IMG/VR virus record: IMGVR_UViG_3300037440_000405
Coordinates: 1 to 52,818 of that record
Origin: a virus
Lineage: Duplodnaviria > Caudoviricetes
Strand: one strand, 5' to 3'
DNA length: 52,818 nucleotides
The notes under the pieces were generated by a model. That model searched no databases. It was given only the letters and a program-made list of their open reading frames with translations, and was not told where the DNA came from. The number at the start of each line of letters is the position of its first letter. Positions within the stretch are counted from its first letter, which is position 1. A program made the translations under genes and the position numbers. Below are positions 1 to 10,498 of this stretch, piece after piece.

Positions 1-127
1 GCTGCACTCCCGCGACCCTCGGCACGTGCACGGATACGCCTCGCGCAGCGGCGTGCCTGCGATCAGCCACCGGTCGCGTGGTGCCGGCGGTGCAGGGCCC
101 TGCCGCCGGCTCATGCCCGGCCCCGGG
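1..127 (+). repeat. Terminal direct repeat identical to 52692-52818 (assembly circularisation overlap)
   Basis: Exact 127-nt identity of the two ends; it cuts through an ORF; 127 is a common assembler k-mer. Confidence 0.95.
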
Positions 128-482
128 TGGGGTATCCGCGTGGACCGAACCGTTCCCGGCGCAGCTCCTCGACGCGGGGCCTGGCCTCCGCCTCGATGTC
201 GCGGGCGACGGCAGCCAGCTGGTCGTCGCCGCGGTCGTCCAACTCCCGGGCGCGCTCGGCCGCAGCCCGGTCCTGCGCCATCCGGTACGCGGCGGCGAAC
301 TCCGGGTCGGCCAACTCCTCGGCTAGGTGCCGGTCCAGGTCGTCCTGGTTGCAGTCGCAGCAGCACCAGTCCTTGTCGCACCGGACCGGGGTCTGAGGTG
401 CGCACACGGCCAGGCAGTCCGGGCACACCAGCCGCTCATTCCCGCGGTCGTCGAACAGCACGAACTCGTCGAACTCACCCAC
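111..482 (-). CDS. Hypothetical Cys-rich protein
   Basis: ORF in the overlapping gene chain; CPDC and CCCDC motifs; GTG start inferred. Confidence 0.55.
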   Translation of the reverse strand: MGEFDEFVLFDDRGNERLVCPDCLAVCAPQTPVRCDKDWCCCDCNQDDLDRHLAEELADPEFAAAYRMAQDRAAAERARELDDRGDDQLAAVARDIEAEARPRVEELRRERFGPRGYPTRGRA

Positions 483-677
483 GGTGCGCCTCCTCGGTTT
501 CCAGCACGGCCAGCGGCGGGTCGGCGCCGGCGTCGAGCCCATGGACGTCGACCCAATGCGCTGCGATCGCGTCGCGGCCGCCGTGCACCGGGTCAACATG
601 GGCGGGTATCCACTGCCAGGTGTGGGCGGGGCAGCCGGGATCCAGGCAGCGCCACCGCGGCCGCTGGGTCGGGGGTC

Positions 678-1133
678 TCATGGCGCCTCGTAGACGGTGA
701 TGACCGCGCCGGGAACCAGTAGTAACCCGGCGCCGCCGGTGTACCGTTTCGTCGCGCGCAGGTCAGTCACTTGCGCGTCGTCGCGCCAGATGCCGGCGTC
801 GGTGAGTGCGTCTTCGGTGGACCGGACCAGTTTCGACAGGTCGGGTTTCCCGGCCGGCGCCGTGGGTACGCCCGCGCGGAGCAGGTCCGAGTTGCGGCCG
901 GTGCGCCAGTGTGACTTCGGCCGGTGGAAGAAGAACACGACGGAGAGCACGACTGGCCCGTCGGCCTGTTTCCAGGATGCCTGCGTGGCGGCGACCCAGG
1001 CGGCGTCCTTGACCGCTTCGCGCCATGGCCGGACGTGTTTGGACGACTCGACCATGATCCCGTTGCCGACGTGCCGTTTCGAGCCTTGCGGCGCGGGCAT
1101 GCCGTGTACGGCGAACGACAGCCGCTCAGCCAT
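678..1133 (-). CDS. rusA: RusA-family Holliday junction resolvase
   Basis: PAPQGSK N-terminus, KPDLSKLVRSTEDALT..IWRDDAQV catalytic motif; next to ERF/exonuclease. Confidence 0.9.
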   Translation of the reverse strand: MAERLSFAVHGMPAPQGSKRHVGNGIMVESSKHVRPWREAVKDAAWVAATQASWKQADGPVVLSVVFFFHRPKSHWRTGRNSDLLRAGVPTAPAGKPDLSKLVRSTEDALTDAGIWRDDAQVTDLRATKRYTGGAGLLLVPGAVITVYEAP

Positions 1134-1878
1134 CGGTGCCTGCCTCGGGTGGGGCTGTGACCTCGGCGAGGTACAGCGTCGGATTCTCGTGGGCGGCGGC
1201 CTTTTCCAGGACGTCGATGAGCCGGCGGGCCTCGGCTGTGGTGAGCTCGTTGGCGCTGGCCAGGTCCCGGCCGACGATGCGGGAGCAGATGTCGAGCCGT
1301 TCGGTCCTGTCGTCGATGCCGAGTTGGCCGAACAGGGCCATCATCTTGGCGCGTTGCGGGGCGGTGTACGGCTGGGGTCCGTCGCCGGGTAGCGGTGGTG
1401 GGGCGGCGCGTTGCGCGGTGCGCCCGGCCGATTTGGTTGCGGCGGCCGCCTGCCGCTTGGCTGGTGCTGCGGCGCGTTGCGCGGTCACGCGTCCAGCGGC
1501 CGACTGCCCGTCGTCGTCTTCATCCTCGGCGGCGATGTCCAGGGCCGCGAGCAGCGCGTAGCGCCTTGCGTATGTTGTCGCGGAGCCCATGTGTTGCGGG
1601 TTCTCGCTCATCTTCAGCGGATAGAAGCCGACGATCGTCTCCCCGGATGGCACGTGCCGCAGCTCGTACCTGAGTCGGAACTTCTCGTCGTCGGTCATTG
1701 TCGGCAGGGCCGTGTAGGTGATGCCGAGCTTGTTCAGTCGGGGTAGGACGACCTCGTTGATCTGTACCAGGTCTGCGTATTTGGACTGGTGCCCCGCCTT
1801 GGTCTTCTTCAGCACGGGTGGGTCGGATTGGAACTCCAGGATGGCGGCCCAGATCCCGCCCGGTGTGGTCTCGGTCAT
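1126..1878 (-). CDS. erf: ERF-family ssDNA annealing protein
   Basis: KYADL and GSATTYARRYAL...EDDDG ERF signature; ATG at 1878 overlaps the exonuclease stop. Confidence 0.9.
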   Translation of the reverse strand: MTETTPGGIWAAILEFQSDPPVLKKTKAGHQSKYADLVQINEVVLPRLNKLGITYTALPTMTDDEKFRLRYELRHVPSGETIVGFYPLKMSENPQHMGSATTYARRYALLAALDIAAEDEDDDGQSAAGRVTAQRAAAPAKRQAAAATKSAGRTAQRAAPPPLPGDGPQPYTAPQRAKMMALFGQLGIDDRTERLDICSRIVGRDLASANELTTAEARRLIDVLEKAAAHENPTLYLAEVTAPPEAGTDG

Positions 1879-3704
1879 GATTCCTCGCCTGCCTTCGCGA
1901 GCACGTACGCGGATGCGGTGGGTGGTTCGATCGGGTCGCCGATCAGGTCGCGCGCGCCCTGGTCGAAGATGCCGACCTGGTTGGCGTAGAGGAACGACCG
2001 GTGTTGTTCGACGCCAGCGACGACCGGGACCAGCGAGTAGCCGTTGGGGCGGATCCACACGGCGCCGGTCCACGTCACCTCGGGCATCTCGAAGGCGGTG
2101 TCCGGGTCGGCTGGGTCGGGCTGCATGTACTCGGCGTACCGGTAGCCGGCCAACTGGAGTGCCGTCTCACCGAAGATGCCGGACCGGTTGGTGTTGTGTG
2201 TGGGGATCATCTGCTCGCCGCATAGGTACGTCTGATCCGGGGAGTCCACAGTGATGCACTGCGTAGGCACGGTTAGCGTCTGATCGGCGCCGACTATGAC
2301 CCGCCGCCGAGATGTCAGCCGGGCAGCCAGACTGATCAGGGAGGCCTTGCGATGCAACGCGAATGGGTTGTGGCGTTGGGGTCGCCATGACACCTTCCAT
2401 GAGGTCACTTCCCGGCCGAACCCATGCCCCTTGGTCTCCGCAATGTTGCACCGCTCACCCAAACTGTGGACCAGCTCCCGGACGGAGTAGGCGAAGGCCT
2501 TGTCGACTGAGACGAAGACGGCTTGGTGCCGGATCTTGTTCACCGTGCCATCGGTGTCCATCAGTCCCCGCAGCAGATCGAGACGTTGCTCGATCGAACC
2601 ACGCAGGTACACGTCCGGCACCGCCTTGTGGCCGAGCAGCCCGGCGCGTCGGAGATCTGTTCGCAGACCGTAGACGGTGCGCGACTGACATCTGTCGTGG
2701 CCGCTGATGTCCGGGCCGACGCGGTAACCGCGAGCAGCGATGAGGTCGAACAGCTCTTGGTCGGGCTTAGTGATGGTGCCGGTCGCGGCGGTGCCGTCAC
2801 CCAGCCATGCGCCGAACACATACGGGTCGACCGGCAAAACAACGTTCGGTAGCTCCAACGGCCCAGCGACCGGAACCCGGTGCTGATGCTGGCCACTACT
2901 GTGAGACAGGGTATTCGCCAAGTCCGTGACAGTGGCGACCTGCCAGCGCTCATACTTGCTGCGGCCGGATCGGACCAGCCAACGGTGGTCCTCGTCGCAG
3001 ATGATCTCGCTCCCGTCATCGAATCTCAGCCGACGGCAGGGCTTGAGGTGGATCTTCGACTTGCCAGTCACCTGGCATGGCTGTCCATGGCGGTCGAAGA
3101 TCACGTCTCCGGTTCGGAGCTGGCTCATCGTCGTCCAGCCAGCCGGGGTCGGGATCGGCGTGCTCAGCGCCAACCCCTTCGCGTCGATGAGGCAGCCGCA
3201 GACGAAGCCGTCGCCGTCGCGTGGCAGGTGGTCGTACTCGGGCATGTCGGGGAGCAGGATGTCTCCGAAGATGTCCAGGGTGCCGACATACCGGTGGGTC
3301 TCGGAGTAGACGACAGCCTCGACATGCTTGGCGCGTAGCTGAAACTCGTCGATGAACCTGACGTAGCTGCCGACGTAGGGCACGAGCAGGTCGGGCACGA
3401 CGACCTGCTCGCCGCTGATGATGCGCTCGCCGAGTTTGTGGACCTGAGTGCCCCGGTTGGCCGCCTCGTCCTTGGACTCATATCGCCCGCCTTGCAGTCT
3501 CTTCAACCGTGCGGACGGAGCGAGTGTGGACAGCTCGTCCCAGTGGTCGATGGCATACTCGGCGGTGGCGTTGGCAGCCCAGTTGATGAGTGCTTTCTTC
3601 GGCAGACCACGATCCATGATCTTGGTCACGCCGTCGATCTTTTCGCCGGTGTCGAGGTCGACATACCAGTGGTTGCGACCGTTGTCTCTGCGCTGGATTC
3701 TCAC
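1875..3704 (-). CDS. PD-(D/E)xK (RecB/Cas4/YqaJ-like) exonuclease interrupted by an intein
   Basis: RGTQVH, E..V, GTLD, DAK/T and QLAGY motifs; about 281 aa after intein removal; paired with ERF. Confidence 0.85.
   Translation of the reverse strand: MRIQRRDNGRNHWYVDLDTGEKIDGVTKIMDRGLPKKALINWAANATAEYAIDHWDELSTLAPSARLKRLQGGRYESKDEAANRGTQVHKLGERIISGEQVVVPDLLVPYVGSYVRFIDEFQLRAKHVEAVVYSETHRYVGTLDIFGDILLPDMPEYDHLPRDGDGFVCGCLIDAKGLALSTPIPTPAGWTTMSQLRTGDVIFDRHGQPCQVTGKSKIHLKPCRRLRFDDGSEIICDEDHRWLVRSGRSKYERWQVATVTDLANTLSHSSGQHQHRVPVAGPLELPNVVLPVDPYVFGAWLGDGTAATGTITKPDQELFDLIAARGYRVGPDISGHDRCQSRTVYGLRTDLRRAGLLGHKAVPDVYLRGSIEQRLDLLRGLMDTDGTVNKIRHQAVFVSVDKAFAYSVRELVHSLGERCNIAETKGHGFGREVTSWKVSWRPQRHNPFALHRKASLISLAARLTSRRRVIVGADQTLTVPTQCITVDSPDQTYLCGEQMIPTHNTNRSGIFGETALQLAGYRYAEYMQPDPADPDTAFEMPEVTWTGAVWIRPNGYSLVPVVAGVEQHRSFLYANQVGIFDQGARDLIGDPIEPPTASAYVLAKAGEES
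2193..3176 (-). mobile_element. Class 3 intein (328 aa) with LAGLIDADG homing endonuclease
   Basis: Starts GLALSTPIPTPAGW, block B DEDHRW, GAWLGDG and LRGLMDTDG helices, block F TQCITVDS, ends PTHN followed by Thr+1; W-C-T triad. Confidence 0.9.
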
Positions 3705-5302
3705 GACTGCCTCCCGCTCATGGCGTCAACATGCCGGCGCCACGCACCCAGCCAGGCGGTGGCCAGCTCCCGGCCGTGTTCGCAGCGGCCGGTGGGCCGC
3801 TCGACGGCGGGCATGGGGCAGCCGTCCTCGCAATGCTGGGTGTGTTCGGCGCACATGGTGGTGGCGAGGGCCGACTGCTCCGCGGCGGTCACGGCTGCAC
3901 CTGCCGGTAGAGCCGGGGGTGGCGGTCGGCCATGGTGGCGAGTAACGCGTCGAGGGTGCCTGCGGGCAACGATGCGTAGAGCGCGTCGTAAATCAGGCTG
4001 GCGTCGCGTTGTGCGTAGTCGTCCGGCGGGTCGGCGGGCATGTCGATGTCGACGCGGATGTGCACAGTGTCGGTGGGCTCGTAGCTGTACCCGGGCGCCG
4101 CCTTGTAGACGTTGACGATGCGGGTCATGGCGTCGCTCCCTGGCGTTGGAAGGTGTATCGGAGGGTCCGCTCAACGGCGACGGTGTGCCCGGTCTGCTCG
4201 GTGTGGTCCCGGGCCATGTCCTCGATGCCCGGGATGCCAGCGGCAAACCACAGGCAGTGTCCGTCGGTGCATTCGCCGGTCCACGCCGACCATGCGCTGA
4301 GCGTGCGCACAACCCGGGTCACGTTGTCCTCCCGGTGATTGGTGCTGGGAGCTCCCCGCCGCCGGGGCAGCCGTGGCCGTGGCCGTGCACCCGCCCGTCG
4401 CGGCGTAGCGCATGCTCCTCGCCGCAGACCACGCAGGTGGCACGGTCGGCCATGGCCGCGCGGAGCAGCCGTGGCAGCTGGAGGACGTCACGGTTGCGGC
4501 GTAGGACACGCCGGGCGACGCGGATACGCCAGGTGGCGCGGTGCCGGTGCCACCAGCGCAGCGTGGCGGCTGGGGTGCGCGCCCAGCGCAGCGCGGTCAT
4601 GACTCCTCCTCGTCGTACGTCAGGTGATCGACTAGGGGATCAGACTCGCCGTCTTCGCCGAGGGGTTCTTCCTCGTCGGACCCGTAGGCGAGGTAGTCCA
4701 GGTACCACAAGATCCGCTCCATGAGGTCGCGGTGCATCACGTAGTTCAAGTACTCCAGCAAGATCATGAAGAACAGGGCGCCGCCGACGGCCATGACCAC
4801 GAACGCCTGCCACGGGGTACTCACGAGTCGCCTCCCGTCAAGGTCAGGGCGATCAGCGCAGTGCCGTAGCGTTGGATCTCGGCGCCGTAGAAGCCGCAGT
4901 CGGCGGCGGCTGACTGGCGGCGCGGGTCGCCGGCAGCCAGGATCTCCGCGTCGGCCGAGTGCCGGCCGGGACGCTTGTAGGCGTCGGTGATCCGCACGAA
5001 CCTGCCCTTCGCGTCCTCGTAGGAGGCGAGCGCATGCAACATCCGGTCGCGCAGCTGGGCGGTGGTCAACTGGTTCACGCCTCGACCCCTTCCGCGCGTT
5101 GGGTCAAGAGCCGGTAGGCGGTGTAGTAGTCCCGCGCGTCGTGCACGGCGATCCGATCGGCCATGGCCATCACGGCCTTCCAGTCGTCCTCGCCAATATC
5201 CGGGTAGTTCTGCCACTCCGGTGAGACACCGGACAGGGCTAGGGATACGACCCTGTTGGCGACGATGCGGATGGCCCACTTGGTGCGCTCGGCGTCGGTC
5301 AC
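3701..5302 (-). other. Array of small hypothetical genes (about 3701-3892, 3889-4128, 4125-4322, 4319-4600, 4597-4824, 4821-5078, 5075-5302)
   Basis: Chain of ORFs with 4-bp ATGA/GTGA overlaps and SD motifs; no recognisable domains. Confidence 0.6.
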
Positions 5303-5598
5303 AGCCCGCCCCCTTGGTGCTCGAGGTGGACGCAGCGTCCGGTGTCGCATAGTTCCCGGTGCCAGCGGGCGAGCGGGCCGAACCCGCCGGCCAGGCCGAA
5401 CCGGGCGCTGCGGTCCCGGCCGGCTTCGGCGGCCATGGCAGAGGCCAGGCAGTCGCCGCGGACGGGGCAGCGTAGGCACACGGCCCGCGCCTGCGCCCGC
5501 AGGTCCGGTTGGTCGGCGAACCATGCGTCGGCGCCCAACGGGTGGTCACGGCAGGCGGCGCGTAGCCGCCAGTCCAGGTCGGTGATGGTGACGGTCAT
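5299..5598 (-). CDS. whiB: WhiB-family Fe-S transcription factor
   Basis: DWRLRAAC...WF...VCLRCPVRGDC...FGLAGG: four Cys plus a G-turn motif. Confidence 0.9.
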   Translation of the reverse strand: MTVTITDLDWRLRAACRDHPLGADAWFADQPDLRAQARAVCLRCPVRGDCLASAMAAEAGRDRSARFGLAGGFGPLARWHRELCDTGRCVHLEHQGGGL

Positions 5599-6774
5599 GG
5601 TGTGCTCCCGGTGGTGTACAGGGTGGCCGGCCATCCGGTGTGGTCGAACTGGTCGAGCACCGCGGCGAAGTCCAGCTGGTCGAGGCGCCATTGGTGGTAG
5701 GCGGCCCAGGCGGGTAGGACGGTGGCGGCGTCGGCGCGGGTCGCGGCCGGGCCCAAGAACTCGCGGATGGCGGCCACGGCCGCCTGCTCGGTGTGCTCAG
5801 CCACGGCCGGCCTCCGCCCCGCGGTTGCGCACATAGCGGGCGGCGTCGCGATAGCCGCTGTGGTAGGCCGGTGACATCGCAGGCGCGCCATGCTTCAGCT
5901 GCTCGTCGAGCGCGTCGGCGATGGCCTCGGCGGCTGCCGTGCGGCCCTGGGCGTATCCCTCGTCGTAGGCCACCTGCTCGGCGTGGGTGGGGTGGATGAC
6001 TGCGCCGGTGGCGCTGGGCGGCCTCCACCCGGCGGCGACCAGAGCGTCCAGCACAGCCTGCGCCATCTGCCGGTACAGGCTGTCCGGCTCCAGGACCAGC
6101 CGGGGCCACAGATGTTTGTCCACCAAGTCCACGTCGGCGGCGGTGTAGATCCGCTCAGCCATCACCGCCACCCTTCGAGGTCATCCTGCGGGCGCCGGTT
6201 GACCAACCCGCTAACCCGGGCCGCGTGCCGGGCCTGCTCCCACTGCCGGCTGGTCCGCACGGCCAGCCGCCGGTCGAGCATGTGCAGGGTGAGGATGCTG
6301 GCGGCGATGACGACGGCCAGGATGAGGCCGATTGCTGTGGTGCTCATCGGGTCACCTCACCGGTGGCGCACGCCCAGTGGACCTCGACCGCCACCACGTT
6401 GTGGACCAACTCGCGCCGCTCCTCCGGGTCGTTACGGGCGACGTGCGCGACCAGGGTCGTGTAGTCGCCGGCCACGAACGGGGTCTGGCAGGCCGGGCAG
6501 GGGGTGCCAATACCGGGGTGGTCGGCGGACTTGGGGCCGAACTTGCCGGTGGCCATCACGTCACCTCGAGGAGCACAGGCTCAAACTCGGACGTGTGCAT
6601 CCAGTCATCACCCAGCCCGCCCGGGTCCTTGAATCGAAACGTCTCCGGGCCGAACTCGCAGTCCGGCCCCTCCTCGCAGGTGCCGATCTCCAGCACCTCG
6701 ACGACAAACGGCACGCCGGGCATGCCGGGCATCCGCACACGGTCGCCGATCTCAAACTTGGCCATGGTGGTCAC
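5595..6774 (-). other. Array of small hypothetical genes (about 5595-5800, 5797-6171, 6162-6347, 6344-6559, 6556-6774)
   Basis: Overlapping stop/start chain with GAGG SD motifs. Confidence 0.6.
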
Positions 6775-7242
6775 CTCCTTCTAATGGGACGTTGGGGACG
6801 CTGCCCCAGGGCGCGCGCAGCGTCCCGAAACGCGCACCCTGGGAGTTGTGGTGGTGGCCGGGCGCCGCCGCGGTCTTGGTCGGCAGCACGGCGGCACCCG
6901 GCGGGTACAAGGCCCGGCCCGGGGCGGACAGTGGGGAGCCATCGGAACCCCGGGCCGGACGTGTGGGCGCGCCGCCCCGGGTCACGACCGGGGCGGCGCG
7001 CAGCCCACCGGCACGCGGCACAACGCGCGCAACGGTGGGCGCCGGCCGGGTCGGAGTGCCCGGCCGGAGTGCGGTGGTGGTCAGGTAGGCCAGGCCGAGC
7101 AGCGCCGGCCACGTGTCGCCGATGACCCGCGGGGCGAGCACGGTGACGGTCAGGGCTGGGATGGCCGCGGCGAGCAAGGCTGCGGGCAGGGCGAGCATGC
7201 GCAGCATCGGGGTGGTGGCCCACACGGCCACATGCCGGCGGA

Positions 7243-7590
7243 TCATGTCGCACCTGCTGTGGCAGCAGGTAGCTCCACGGTGACCATGGGCACCCGTCGG
7301 ATGCCAAGCCGCCCGGCCGGCTGCCGGCACAGCTCACACCAGGAGTAGTTCGGGTTGGCCAGGACGGCCGAGCTCGGCAACCCGACGTCCGGCCGCTCCA
7401 CGTGCTCACGGGGCCACGCCATCCCATCGTGCCCATACAAGTTGCCCGACCCGCCGGGTATCCACGTCCACACCCGACCCAGCGCGTCGACGATATCGGG
7501 ATGCTCGGCTACGTCCATCTCAGCGATGATGATTCGTAGCGCCTGCCACTCAACGAGCAGTTCGCGGATGTGGGCGTGAGCTGTCGTCAT
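7243..7590 (-). CDS. Hypothetical protein
   Basis: 115-aa ORF, ATGA overlaps at both ends. Confidence 0.6.
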   Translation of the reverse strand: MTTAHAHIRELLVEWQALRIIIAEMDVAEHPDIVDALGRVWTWIPGGSGNLYGHDGMAWPREHVERPDVGLPSSAVLANPNYSWCELCRQPAGRLGIRRVPMVTVELPAATAGAT

Positions 7591-7838
7591 GTCGCACCGC
7601 CCAGCTGGTTGAGCACGGCTCGGCCGGCGTCAGTCAGCTCCCACGTCACCCACCGGCGGTCCCGCTCCCCCAGGGCGATCAGCTCACGGCGGGCCAGGGC
7701 CTTGGCGGTGCTGGTGACGTCCCACCCGTAGTGTCGGCTGGGCTTGCGCGGGCCGTACACGTCGCAGCGCACCTTCCGCTCGCCGACGGCGCGCAGCACG
7801 GTGAGCATGGCCGGGGACAGCCCGGCGACGGTGGTCAC
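7587..7838 (-). CDS. Small winged-helix-like protein
   Basis: LSPAMLTVL...TAKALARRELI...WELTDAGRAVL pattern. Confidence 0.55.
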   Translation of the reverse strand: MTTVAGLSPAMLTVLRAVGERKVRCDVYGPRKPSRHYGWDVTSTAKALARRELIALGERDRRWVTWELTDAGRAVLNQLGGAT

Positions 7839-8080
7839 GTCGCACCGTCCGGGAACATGCGCCGGAACACCAAAAGACCGACGTCGGTCAACGAGTAGCC
7901 GTAGCTGGTCTGCTGCGGGTCGCGCCAGACCAGCCCGTGCCGCTCCAGCACATTCCACGTGACAGCCCGCCTGGGCGGGCTGCCTTCACGGCCGGCGGTG
8001 GCCAGCCAGCGGATTGCGTCCCGCTGCGGCCGGGACAGGCCGTAGCCGCGGTCGGCTATCAGCCGGTCGGTGGTGGTCAC
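7835..8080 (-). CDS. Small winged-helix-like protein (possible paralogue of 7587-7838)
   Basis: LSRPQRDAI...TWNVLERHGLV...YSLTDVG pattern. Confidence 0.55.
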   Translation of the reverse strand: MTTTDRLIADRGYGLSRPQRDAIRWLATAGREGSPPRRAVTWNVLERHGLVWRDPQQTSYGYSLTDVGLLVFRRMFPDGAT

Positions 8081-8255
8081 GACGGCTCCCCGGTGATCAG
8101 TTCGGCGACCGGCACCGCGTCCTCACGGCGGAACGGCTCCGAGTCGTTGTGGTGGTCGCCGAGCCGGTCGAGGTGGGCGCTCACCCAGTCGGGGTGCGGG
8201 TCGGCCCGATGCCGACCCTGGTAGCCCAGGCCCTGCCAGTTGACTTCGGTGATGC

Positions 8256-8871
8256 TCATCGGGTTCTCCAGGTGGTGAGCGCGCCGGCCAGGGTGAGTAG
8301 CGGCAGCAGCGGGAGCAGGAACAGGACGCGGAGCAGGCAACAGCCCTTGCGGTCGGCGGCGGCCTGTCTCGCGGCGCGGCCGGCGGCGCGGCCGGCGATG
8401 TACCCGTGGCGGTAGTCGGGCTGCCGGTTGCGCCGCTTCGGCTGCCGCGGGTCAACCGGATGCGGGGTGCGGGTCATGGCGCACGCTCCGCGTCCCGCAT
8501 CACGGCGCAGGCGTAAGCGGCGGCGATCTGACCCGGCTTGTGCTCCATCGCGGTGCGGTAGATGACGTCCCTAAGTAGGACCTGGGCGGGTATCCCGTCG
8601 GCGAGCGCGTCGCGTGCGAGTTGGACTAGGCCTGTATGGATGTCGCGGCAGGCTGCCATCTGCTGGTCGAGTTGGGCGTCGGCCGTGCTCATCGGGTACC
8701 TCCCGGGTGGCGTGCTGGGACGGCGGCGAGTAGGCATCCGACGCCGGTCAGGGCGAGGCCGAGCAGGGTGAGGGTGGCGACCGGACCCCAGGTCATCCGG
8801 GCGACGGCGGCGGTGGGGATGGCGGCGACCATGGCCAGACCGATGCAGGTCAGCACGAGCTGGCGGATCAT
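8256..8871 (-). other. Three small hypothetical genes (8256-8477, about 8474-8692, 8689-8871), two with hydrophobic segments
   Basis: ATGA-overlap chain. Confidence 0.55.
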
Positions 8872-9638
8872 GACGCCACCGCCTCAAGATCGAACAGCCC
8901 ACGCTCGGCTCGTAGGCCGCGGAGGACTGAGATGACCAGCCACGCGGTGCGCTGGTTGTTCATGTTCCCGACGAGCAGGGCGCAGCTGGGGTCCAGGTGG
9001 AGGGCATCGCTGACGAATCGGCGCCGGTGACCCTCGGACATCTCGGTCAAGTTGTTGTGCTTGCGCATCAGCTCGTAGACGCCCCAGTCGCGCAGCATCA
9101 GCCGGTGCTCACCTACGGCGTCCCGGAACCACAGTCGGGGGATGTAGGGGAACCGCTTCGCGCCAGCGGTTGGGCGCGGCGCAACATCGAACAGCGCTTC
9201 TTGCGGCGAGTCCGGCGAGTCCGGGTTGTGCTCGAACTCCATCTGCATGGCCACCGGGTGGACGATGGCCAGGCTCAGGCGGCGCTCGTTGGCGCACGCG
9301 ATCGACTCGACCGTGAACGCGGCAAGGTCTACGGCACGGCGCGATTCGGGGCGCTTCGACCCGGTGCGGAACGCCTCGATGTTGATCCGCTCGTGCGCGT
9401 CCGGCGTCCGGTCTCCGTGCAGCTGCCACGACTCCTGGCGGTGGTCTTTGGGGTTGCGTTCGAGCTGGACGGTGGAGACGGTCCAGCGGCCGGGCGCCGC
9501 GTGCCGTGCCAGCGGGTAGATGCGGAGCAGCTGTCGAAGCTGGGGGCTGTAGCCGGCGGAGCAGACGAAGATCCGGCCAGTGCTGGACGGCTCGGGCACG
9601 GTCTTGCCGAGCATCACGAAGTCGTCGATGGCGATCAC
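8868..9638 (-). CDS. Conserved hypothetical protein, possibly dual-OB-fold-like (DUF488/DUF4326-associated type)
   Basis: GKTVP..S...VCSAG...RIYPL...DHRQESW and DWG/VGN motifs recalled from this family; GTGA overlap with the DUF4326 gene. Confidence 0.55.
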   Translation of the reverse strand: MIAIDDFVMLGKTVPEPSSTGRIFVCSAGYSPQLRQLLRIYPLARHAAPGRWTVSTVQLERNPKDHRQESWQLHGDRTPDAHERINIEAFRTGSKRPESRRAVDLAAFTVESIACANERRLSLAIVHPVAMQMEFEHNPDSPDSPQEALFDVAPRPTAGAKRFPYIPRLWFRDAVGEHRLMLRDWGVYELMRKHNNLTEMSEGHRRRFVSDALHLDPSCALLVGNMNNQRTAWLVISVLRGLRAERGLFDLEAVAS

Positions 9639-10498
9639 GGCGCGGACCTCCCCTCGGCCCAGGTGGCGAGCACGTCGCCGTGGCAGGGTTCGGGCGCACA
9701 CCAGCAGCCGAGCGCTTTCCCGCGCAGCTCGTCGAGCCGGTCCAGCAAGCTGGGCTTGTGGGGGAGGTAGTGGCTCTCGAACGCGAGGATGACGGTGGCG
9801 CGGTCGCCGTCGGCGGGCATCTCGAACGGGTTGCCCCATTCGGTGCGCCGGTCGATGCGGACGAACAGGTCCCGTTCGGTCGCCCAGTCGATCAGCCGGG
9901 CGTGCTCGCCGCGCTGGGAGACGACCACCGTCTGGCCGTCCTCGATCCGCTTGCGCAGCTCGGTCTCGGCCGGGGTCCACGCGGCAGGCGGCGTGGCCTT
10001 CTCGGCGATCCGCTGTTCGATCTGCTCGGCGATCTCCGGCGGCAGCGGGTCGGTGGCGGACATGGTCTCCGGGCACGCCCGGTGCGGACCGTAGCCGTGG
10101 TCGGGGACATCGCACAGCCGGCCGGGGATGGGCTTATCAAGATCAGTAACGGCGGCGGACCACCGCTGACGCTGATCTTGGCGACCTCGTACCGCCCACT
10201 CACTGGCGCCCGCCATCTCCGCCAACTCCCGCTGGGTCCGGCGCTGCGCCGGGGGAAGCTCGGCCTCCTCCTGGCGCACCTGCTCGACCACGCTCGCGGT
10301 GATCTCCCGGGTGGGGCGCATCGACAGAGCACGCATCGCCGGCCGGACTCGCGTCTCCCACCAATCGGCGAAGGTGTCGTACCCGAGCGTGGTCCAGGCC
10401 TGAGTTCTGACGATCTCCTCGTACGCGTTCTGTGCGTCGTCGAGCCCGCCGAGGAACGCTTCCTCAACTTGGCGTGCACGCTGCACCAGGCTGGTCAT
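9635..10498 (-). CDS. N-terminal HTH-like region fused to a C-terminal DUF4326 domain
   Basis: RIDRRTEWGNPF...LRGKALGCWCAPEPCHGDVL is the DUF4326 signature; TQRELAEMAGAS is HTH-like. Confidence 0.8.
   Translation of the reverse strand: MTSLVQRARQVEEAFLGGLDDAQNAYEEIVRTQAWTTLGYDTFADWWETRVRPAMRALSMRPTREITASVVEQVRQEEAELPPAQRRTQRELAEMAGASEWAVRGRQDQRQRWSAAVTDLDKPIPGRLCDVPDHGYGPHRACPETMSATDPLPPEIAEQIEQRIAEKATPPAAWTPAETELRKRIEDGQTVVVSQRGEHARLIDWATERDLFVRIDRRTEWGNPFEMPADGDRATVILAFESHYLPHKPSLLDRLDELRGKALGCWCAPEPCHGDVLATWAEGRSAP

Noticed and set aside
6967-7001. 14-bp GC hairpin in a poorly coding stretch
   Set aside because: Could be a terminator, but it lies within a possible ORF and has no further supporting features
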